NCBI GenBank assembly: GCA_963665615.2
Contig: CAXXQE010000008.1
Location: forward strand, 248,001-312,000
Direction of reading: 5' to 3'
DNA length: 64,000 nucleotides
Origin: Syntrophales bacterium
GTDB lineage: Bacteria; Desulfobacterota; Syntrophia; Syntrophales; UBA4778
The notes beneath the pieces are model-generated. The model did not search any database, had not been told where the DNA came from, and was given only the letters and a program-made list of their open reading frames with translations. Below, in pieces: positions 57,104-64,000 of the stretch. A program made the position numbers and the translations under genes. Every line of letters starts with the position of its first letter. Within the stretch, counting starts at the first letter, position 1.

Positions 57104-57643
57104 CTATCGCCCTTGATGGCGTTCCTTCACCTGAAGGAGGTACTTTTTTCTAATCTTCGCCAGAATGCGCCCCATCTCCTCGCCGGCATAATCCGGATAG
57201 GTCCATGCCAGGGATCGATATGCCCCATCCTGATAGATGAGAGTCAGGTCGGCATAGATCCCCTTGCGCAAATAGGGCCGATGCGCATAGCGTTTTCCCG
57301 TCGCCAGGATGAGCTGATACTCGGTCATATAACCGGGGTCCAGATTGATCCGGCGCCTGCCCTCTCGGGCGTAGCGTTCTTCCAGATCGTTCGAAAACAG
57401 CTTGACGTCCGGTAGATCCTCCGGCGGCATCAGATCCCGAAAAGCCGCAAACCGCCGTTTCAGCCCGCCACCCATTTCCGCCTCATAATAGTCCGTATAG
57501 GCAAAAGAGAGATACCGGCTTAGATAGTCGAACGGTCCGAATCGCTCGACCAGATATTCAAGACACTGCGCCAGCAAGCCGTCGTCCGACGAAATGAGAC
57601 TGATCACCGGTTTGACCGGGACCGGTTCGACGGGGCGGCTCAA
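57104..57643 (-). CDS. DUF4416 family protein
   Basis: TDYYEAEMG, RRINLDPGY, LATGK..HRPYL..GIYA and WTYPDY motifs. Confidence 0.85.
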   Translation of the reverse strand: MSRPVEPVPVKPVISLISSDDGLLAQCLEYLVERFGPFDYLSRYLSFAYTDYYEAEMGGGLKRRFAAFRDLMPPEDLPDVKLFSNDLEERYAREGRRRINLDPGYMTEYQLILATGKRYAHRPYLRKGIYADLTLIYQDGAYRSLAWTYPDYAGEEMGRILAKIRKKYLLQVKERHQGR

Positions 57644-58650
57644 AGCACCCCCTGCAACTCTTCCCTGGTCACCGTCGCAGTGCCGATCTTGCCGACGACA
57701 ATGCCGGCGGCCTGATTCGCCAGCGCCGCCGCCTCCCGGAAGGAGGCCCCGGCCGCAAGACTCAGCGCGAAGACGCCGATCACGGTATCTCCCGCACCCG
57801 TCACATCGAAGACCTCCTTGGCCACCGTCGGGATATGAATCACATGACCGTCGCGTTCATAGAGACTCATCCCCTCTTCTCCACGGGTAATCAGCAGGGC
57901 CTTGATGTCAAGACGATGCAGGCAATCTATCGCCGCCTGGCGGATCTTTTCCGCAGGCGGGGCATCGCTGCCATTGATCTGGTCCAGCCCGAGCGCGCGC
58001 GCCGCCTCATGGTGGTTGGGCGTCAGGACATCCGCCCCGCTGTAAACCGAGAAGTCGTTCTGTTTCGGATCGACACAAATCGGAATAGCCACGCCGTCGA
58101 CAACCTCCCGGAGACCCTTCAATAGCGCCCCTGTGACGACACCCTTGTTGTAATCAGATACGATAATCGCGCCGATCTCTTTCCGGATGCGATCGACATG
58201 ATCCAGAATCTGTTTCAGGCTGGCTGCGTCGATCTTCTTGCGGCTCTCGCGGTCGAAACGGACCATCTGCTGATGGTGGGCAACGATCCGGGTCTTAACC
58301 GTGGTCGGCCTTTCCTTTTCCACAATGAGCCCCCGCGTATCTGCCCCCGACGCCTCGAGTTGATTTACGAGCCAGCGCCCCATCTCATCCTTTCCAATAA
58401 TGCCGGTCAGGGCGGCCTGGCCTCCTAAAGACAAAATGTTGTTCAGGACATTTCCGGACCCGCCGAGCATCAGGCTTTCTTTGGCGACCTCTACAACGGG
58501 GACGGGTGCCTCCGGGGAGATGCGGGAGACACTGCCCCAGATGAAATGATCCACCATGACGTCCCCGATGACCAGAACCTTGCAGGGACTGAAACGATCC
58601 AGCAGGGCGAACGCTCTTCGTCTCGTCAATATTTTCTTTGTCCGTTCCAA
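57640..58650 (-). CDS. rfaE1: D-glycero-beta-D-manno-heptose-7-phosphate kinase (HldE kinase domain, stand-alone)
   Basis: GDVMVD, RISPEAPVPV, SDYNKG, TPNHHEA and VFDVTGAGDT motifs. Confidence 0.9.
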   Translation of the reverse strand: MERTKKILTRRRAFALLDRFSPCKVLVIGDVMVDHFIWGSVSRISPEAPVPVVEVAKESLMLGGSGNVLNNILSLGGQAALTGIIGKDEMGRWLVNQLEASGADTRGLIVEKERPTTVKTRIVAHHQQMVRFDRESRKKIDAASLKQILDHVDRIRKEIGAIIVSDYNKGVVTGALLKGLREVVDGVAIPICVDPKQNDFSVYSGADVLTPNHHEAARALGLDQINGSDAPPAEKIRQAAIDCLHRLDIKALLITRGEEGMSLYERDGHVIHIPTVAKEVFDVTGAGDTVIGVFALSLAAGASFREAAALANQAAGIVVGKIGTATVTREELQGVL

Positions 58651-58702
58651 CTCAACCTCGAAAAGGAGCTCCGATGTTTAACGCGCCGACACCATACAGC
58701 CC

Positions 58703-59656
58703 TCAGGATACGGGACCCCGATCACATTTCTTTTTGAAATAGTCAAAACACCGCTCAAGACCGACTTCCAGGGGAATCTTCGGTTCCCAACCGAGTAATC
58801 GCTGCGCCTTGCGGATATCCGGACGCCGGACTTTCGGATCGTCCACGGGAAGCTCCTTGTATACGATCTTTCCTTTGGTCTGGCAGACGGCAAGTACCTG
58901 TTGGGCCAGCTCGCCGACCGTCATCTCCTGGGGATTGCCTAGATTGACGGGATAGACCTCCTCACTGTATAATAAACAAAAGAGACCCTCCACGAGATCA
59001 TCAACGTAGCAGAAACTCCGGGTCTGGCCGCCGTCCCCGAAAACCGTCAGGTCTTCGCCACTCAGGGCCTGCCGCATAAAGGTCGGAAGTGCCCGTCCAT
59101 CGTCGAGGCGCATTCTTGTTCCGTACGTATTGAAAATTCTTACTATTCTTGTCCTAATGCCGTGATAGCGGTGATAGGCCATGGTCATCGCCTCGGCAAA
59201 CCGCTTGGCCTCGTCATAGACGCCCCGCGGACCCACAGGATTCACATTGCCCCAGTATTCTTCCGACTGCGGATGTTCGAGGGGGTCGCCATAGCACTCC
59301 GATGTAGAGGCCAGGAGAAACCGCGCCCCTTTGGCCTTTGCCAATCCCAGAACCTTATGTGTCCCCAAAGATCCGACTTTCAGTGTCTGGATGGGCAAGC
59401 GCAGGTAGTCGATCGGACTGGCCGGCGAGGCGAAATGCAAGATGTTGTCGAGCGTACCGCCGATATGGATATAGTTGGTAACATCGTGCTTGATGAAATG
59501 GAACCGCGGATGACCGAACAGATGGGCGATATTGTCCATGTCGCCGGTCAACAGATTGTCCATACAGGTAACTTCATGGCCTTTGGCGATAAAAAAATCG
59601 CAGAGATGGCTGCCGAGAAATCCCGCACCACCTGTTATCAGTGTTCGTTCCGTCAT
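58703..59656 (-). CDS. UDP-glucuronate decarboxylase-family NAD-dependent epimerase/dehydratase
   Basis: [34 protein letters not shown] and RIFNTYG motifs. Confidence 0.92.
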   Translation of the reverse strand: MTERTLITGGAGFLGSHLCDFFIAKGHEVTCMDNLLTGDMDNIAHLFGHPRFHFIKHDVTNYIHIGGTLDNILHFASPASPIDYLRLPIQTLKVGSLGTHKVLGLAKAKGARFLLASTSECYGDPLEHPQSEEYWGNVNPVGPRGVYDEAKRFAEAMTMAYHRYHGIRTRIVRIFNTYGTRMRLDDGRALPTFMRQALSGEDLTVFGDGGQTRSFCYVDDLVEGLFCLLYSEEVYPVNLGNPQEMTVGELAQQVLAVCQTKGKIVYKELPVDDPKVRRPDIRKAQRLLGWEPKIPLEVGLERCFDYFKKKCDRGPVS

Positions 59657-59895
59657 TCGTTTAGCCCCAGCCGCAGCATGAAAGTTCCCCCCTTGGGTCG
59701 GCATAATTCGTCCGCGCACAACAACGCGCCCCCCTAAAAACCGCGCCCGCTGCCGGACTCAAGCGGATTCTTTTATAATCATTGAGATTTTTTGTCAATG
59801 TTTTTCCCTGGGATTGCTTTGACTCCATAATCGTTCTTGACTAAAACGAAAAAAAAATATAGTGAAATGCACTTTAAATTATTAAAGGTTATTCC

Positions 59896-61398
59896 ATGTC
59901 CGAAAGCGAACTTCTAAAAATTCGAAGGGAGAAGGTCGAATCTCTGAAGGGGGAGGGTGTTCCTCTCTATCCCAACGACGCCAAGATTCCCGATACGACC
60001 GACTCCCTGATCGCCCGTTTTGGACACCTCGATGCCGACGGCCTGCATAACGTCGAACAGGCATTCACCATTGCGGGGCGTATCATGGCCTGGCGCGATT
60101 TCGGCAAGGCCGCGTTCATCAGCCTACAGGATCGCAAGGGGAGGCTTCAGGTCTATGTCCGCAAGGATAAGGTTGGCGAGGACACTTTCAACATCTTCAA
60201 GCGGCTCGACACGGGCGACATCGTCACCGTAACCGGACGCCTCTTCCGGACGAAGACCGATGAGCTCACCATCGAAGCTGCACAGGTGCGCCTGCTTACC
60301 AAGTCTCTAAGGCCGTTGCCGGAGAAGTGGCATGGCCTGACCGACACGGAAACGCGTTACCGACAGCGGTATCTGGACCTGATCGTCACCCCGAAAACCC
60401 GCGAGGTCTTCAAGACCCGTAGCCTTGTGCTTCAGCTGATCAGACAGTTCATGACGGAGCGGGACTTTTTGGAAGTCGAAACGCCGATGATGCACGCCAT
60501 CGCAGGTGGCGCCATGGCGCGTCCTTTCAAAACACACCATAATACGCTCGACATGGAACTGTATCTGCGAATCGCGCCGGAACTGTTTTTAAAACGGCTG
60601 GTCGTCGGGGGACTGGAACGCGTCTTTGAAATCAATCGATGTTTCCGTAACGAGGGGATCGATACCTTCCACAACCCGGAATTCACGATGATGGAATTCT
60701 ATCAGGCCTATGCCGATTACGGGGACCTGATGGACATGACGGAGCAGCTCTTCTGCTACCTCTGTGAGAATCTCTTCGGCAAGCTTGAAATCGTTTATCA
60801 GAACAACACGATCAACTTCACCGCCCCTTGGAAGCGGATTACCATCAAGGAAGCCCTGGTCGAATATGCGGGCGTCGATCCGCAAATTCTGGATGACCGC
60901 GAAAAACTAATCGCCTGCGCCCGGGATCTCGGCGTCCCCGTTAATGGCAACGAATCCCTCGGCAAGGTGCTCATGGCTATTTTCGACGAGAAGGTAGAGG
61001 ACCAACTGATCCAGCCGACCTTCGTGACGTCTTATCCGCTGGAGGTTTCTCCACTGTCGCGGAAAAACGATCTCGATCCGACCATTGTCGACCGTTTCGA
61101 ACTCTATATCGCTGGACGTGAGATGGCTAACGCCTTTTCCGAACTGAACGACCCGGTCGATCAAAAGGATCGTTTTCTGATCCAGCTCCGTGAGAAGGCC
61201 GCCGGAGACGATGAGGCCCATGAGATGGACGAGGATTATATAAGGGCTTTGGAATATGGTCTGCCGCCAACGGCCGGCGAAGGCATCGGCATCGACCGTT
61301 TGATCATGCTCCTGACGGACTCACCTTCGATCCGGGACGTTATCCTTTTCCCGTTATTGAGAAGCCGGGAGGAAGCCCGAGAGGATTTCGACGAATAG
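59896..61398 (+). CDS. lysS: Lysine--tRNA ligase (class II)
   Basis: LRPLPEKWHGL, RYRQRYLDL, YLRIAPEL, FRNEG...HNPEF and GEGIGIDRL motifs. Confidence 0.98.
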   Translation: MSESELLKIRREKVESLKGEGVPLYPNDAKIPDTTDSLIARFGHLDADGLHNVEQAFTIAGRIMAWRDFGKAAFISLQDRKGRLQVYVRKDKVGEDTFNIFKRLDTGDIVTVTGRLFRTKTDELTIEAAQVRLLTKSLRPLPEKWHGLTDTETRYRQRYLDLIVTPKTREVFKTRSLVLQLIRQFMTERDFLEVETPMMHAIAGGAMARPFKTHHNTLDMELYLRIAPELFLKRLVVGGLERVFEINRCFRNEGIDTFHNPEFTMMEFYQAYADYGDLMDMTEQLFCYLCENLFGKLEIVYQNNTINFTAPWKRITIKEALVEYAGVDPQILDDREKLIACARDLGVPVNGNESLGKVLMAIFDEKVEDQLIQPTFVTSYPLEVSPLSRKNDLDPTIVDRFELYIAGREMANAFSELNDPVDQKDRFLIQLREKAAGDDEAHEMDEDYIRALEYGLPPTAGEGIGIDRLIMLLTDSPSIRDVILFPLLRSREEAREDFDE

Positions 61399-61572
61399 CT
61401 GATTTATTCCATCACAGGCGGTTTTTCGACTCAAGCCCTGCCCTCACTTAATTAAACAGTCAAACCGCCGCAGACCGTCCCTTGCTATCCGGCCAACTGG
61501 GCCCCCTCATGAAACCGACAGAGCGGCATAGGGGACAAAGATTTACCCAATACGGAAACGGACAGACGATCC

Positions 61573-62850
61573 ATGTCATATGAATTCTTCATCAGCTTGC
61601 GCTATTTGCGGGCCAAGAGAAAACAGGTGTTCGTTTCAATCATCACCTTCATCTCTATTTCCGGGATATCGCTGGGTGTAGCTGCCCTGATTATCGTTCT
61701 GGGTGTGATGAACGGCTTTGAAACCGAGCTCCGGGATAAGATTCTGGGAATCAATTCCCACATCCTTCTGACCAAATTCAGCGGGGGCATTTCGAACTAT
61801 GAGAAAGTCCGAAGTGATCTATCGACCATTCCAGGCATCGTCGCCACAACGCCCGTCATCATGACACAAGTCATTCTCAAAAAAGGCGACAGCATTGTGG
61901 CCCCCTTGCTACGGGCTATTTCCGTTGATAGCGCTCCCCGCGTCATTTCGGTCGGTCGTATGATCGAGGGACAGCTCTCCGCCCTTGATGAATCCGCCCG
62001 GCAGACTGCCAGCATGCCGCCGGAGACGCAATCCCTTCCCGGGATGGTCCTGGGAAAGGAGTTGGCGAAAAACCTCGGTCTCTCTCTTTACGATACAGTT
62101 GATATCATTCTGCCATCTGGTGTCTCGACCCCTATGGGCATGGTCCCGAGGGTAAAAAAATTCGTTGTAGTCGGCGTCTTCGATTCCGGCTTTTATGAGC
62201 ACGACGCTTCTTTGATTTATACGTCTCTAAGAGACGCTCAACAACTTCTGGGAATGAATGCCATGGTGACGGGCATCGAGGTCAAAGTCCGTGACATCTA
62301 TAAGGCGCGGCAGATTGCCGACGTCATCGAGGCCAGGGTCGGATTTCCCTTTCTGGCCAGGGACTGGATGCAGATGAATAAAAATCTCTTTTCCGCCCTG
62401 AGACTTGAAAAACGGGTTATGTTTATTATCCTGACCCTCATCGTTCTGGTCGCCGCTTTCAACATTATCAGTTCGCTCATCATGATCGTCATGGAAAAAA
62501 GTCGGGATATTGCCATCTTAAAGGCAATGGGGGCAACCGCTAACCAGATTATGAAGATCTTTATCTTTCAGGGCGTTATTATCGGGGTCATCGGAACGAT
62601 CCTCGGTTGCATTGGCGGTTTGAGCGTGGCGGCCAATGTCGAGTATTTGAGTGCATCAATCGAAAGGACCTTCGGTTTCAAGATTCTGCCCAGTGACGTC
62701 TATTACCTGAGCAGCCTTCCTTCACAGATCAATTATTCCGATGTCTTGTTGATTATTATCGCGACGTTGCTCATCAGTCTGGCTGCAACAATCTATCCCT
62801 CTCGGAAGGCGTCAAAGATCGACCCGGTTGAAGCCTTGAGATACGAATAG
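61573..62850 (+). CDS. lolE: Lipoprotein-releasing ABC transporter permease LolC/E
   Basis: RYLRAK, GVAALIIVLGVMNGF, VAAFNIISSL, IAILKAMG and ALRYE motifs. Confidence 0.92.
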   Translation: MSYEFFISLRYLRAKRKQVFVSIITFISISGISLGVAALIIVLGVMNGFETELRDKILGINSHILLTKFSGGISNYEKVRSDLSTIPGIVATTPVIMTQVILKKGDSIVAPLLRAISVDSAPRVISVGRMIEGQLSALDESARQTASMPPETQSLPGMVLGKELAKNLGLSLYDTVDIILPSGVSTPMGMVPRVKKFVVVGVFDSGFYEHDASLIYTSLRDAQQLLGMNAMVTGIEVKVRDIYKARQIADVIEARVGFPFLARDWMQMNKNLFSALRLEKRVMFIILTLIVLVAAFNIISSLIMIVMEKSRDIAILKAMGATANQIMKIFIFQGVIIGVIGTILGCIGGLSVAANVEYLSASIERTFGFKILPSDVYYLSSLPSQINYSDVLLIIIATLLISLAATIYPSRKASKIDPVEALRYE

Positions 62851-62962
62851 TCATCATTACTTCAGGGGACAGGAGGACATAACCACCGACCGAACACCAG
62901 GCTATGCAGAGAATCATCCATAACCGTCTGCCGATGACCAAGGTCGAATGTTTGTCTTAATC

Positions 62963-63631
62963 ATGATTAAACTAAGGAATCTCAGTAAATCGTTTACAAA
63001 AAATGGTCGGACCATCAACGTCCTCCGGGATCTGACCCTTGACATCGCCAATGGGGAATCCCTGGCGATTGTCGGCGCTTCGGGCGCGGGTAAAAGCACC
63101 CTTCTCCACATCCTGGGCGCCTTGGAACATCCTTCTGCCGGCAGCGTTTTGTATGACGATACAGATGTCTTTCAATGGGGCCCGCAACAACTTGCGGCCT
63201 TTCGAAACAAAAAAATAGGTTTTGTCTTTCAGTTTCATCACCTGCTGCCTGAATTCAGCTGTCTGGAAAACACCATGATGCCCGCGCTGATCTCCGGAAT
63301 ACCAAAAAAAATTGCACGACTGCGCGCAGAGATTATCTTGAATGATGTAGGCCTTGGTGATAGGATGCCGCACAAACCGGGGGAGCTATCGGGAGGCGAG
63401 CAGCAAAGGGCGGCAGTGGCTCGCGCTCTGATGATGGAGCCGGAGGTATTGCTTGCCGACGAACCGACCGGAAACCTCGACTCGGAAACAGGCCATAAAA
63501 TAGATTCCCTGTTCCTGGATCTCAATAGGCAGAAGCAGATCACCCTGATTGTGGTGACCCATAACCAAATGCTGGCAAAAAAAATGTCCCGCAGCATCGG
63601 GCTGAAGGACGGAAAGATCATTCCGCTGTGA
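62963..63631 (+). CDS. lolD: Lipoprotein-releasing ABC transporter ATPase
   Basis: [27 protein letters not shown] and ADEPTGNLD motifs. Confidence 0.93.
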   Translation: MIKLRNLSKSFTKNGRTINVLRDLTLDIANGESLAIVGASGAGKSTLLHILGALEHPSAGSVLYDDTDVFQWGPQQLAAFRNKKIGFVFQFHHLLPEFSCLENTMMPALISGIPKKIARLRAEIILNDVGLGDRMPHKPGELSGGEQQRAAVARALMMEPEVLLADEPTGNLDSETGHKIDSLFLDLNRQKQITLIVVTHNQMLAKKMSRSIGLKDGKIIPL

Positions 63632-64000
63632 AAGAAAAGAAACTTTTATCATTTGCCCTGTTGATGATTGGCTTTGCTTCTGTCGTTTTATTTTCGTCCA
63701 CCGCATTGGCGCAGCAACCGCTAATCAAGATTGCCGTCCTGCCTTTTGAGGTTCATAGCGAAAAGGAGGTCCCCACTCTCCAGAAGCAAATCCAATCTCA
63801 GTTGATTACGAACCTTCTGAAAACCAAGATATTTCAAACCATCGCTCCGGACGAACTTGCCCGCCTTGGCAGCGGTGAAAAAATAGACGAAAAGATGGCA
63901 AAATCGCTTGGTGAAGAGACGGGGGCGGATTATGTCATTTTTGGGAGTGTAACTCAACTCGGCATTACTCTTAGCATCGATGCAAAAGTCCTTCCCGTCA
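63628..64000 (+). CDS. 5' part of a secreted protein, probably outer-membrane assembly factor BamA with an extra N-terminal domain; truncated by the window edge
   Basis: GTG overlaps the lolD stop; signal peptide, then [11 protein letters not shown]...[21 protein letters not shown]. The lysS-lolE-lolD-bamA order is common in this group; POTRA domains and barrel are not visible. Confidence 0.6.
   Translation, partial: MKEKKLLSFALLMIGFASVVLFSSTALAQQPLIKIAVLPFEVHSEKEVPTLQKQIQSQLITNLLKTKIFQTIAPDELARLGSGEKIDEKMAKSLGEETGADYVIFGSVTQLGITLSIDAKVLPV

Overview
64 kb of mostly GC-rich chromosome from an anaerobic Deltaproteobacterium/Desulfobacterota-like organism (Syntrophales-like; this is inferred from gene content). 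Core genes: four-subunit 2-oxoacid:ferredoxin oxidoreductase, uvrB, uvrC, nth, fdhE, tRNA-Pro(CGG), pilC, rlmB, pyrF, rpoZ, gmk, yicC, heptose kinase, lysS, lolC/E, lolD and a probable bamA start. Accessory content: an NRAMP-related Mg2+ transporter with an MgtE-N-type partner behind a ~420-nt structured leader containing an unannotated MEPP-starting uORF; an Rrf2 regulator and reverse rubrerythrin sharing an operator motif; an ArsR-RND-DUF2892 unit; an HTH-Dcm/Vsr/MvaI-BcnI-type restriction-modification cluster next to a duplicated ygiQ 5' region; a PlsC-ACP-adenylation plus MFS-PlsC lipid pair; and a frameshifted uup. The most notable structure not shown by the ORF track is a decaying integron cassette array with no integrase in the window (CALIN-like, ~38.9-44.4 kb), with one canonical attC and several degenerate ones. 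Intergenic DNA carries a heptamer-repeat family into which palindromic MITE/REPIN-like elements are nested. All calls come from reading the sequence by eye; no database searches were run.
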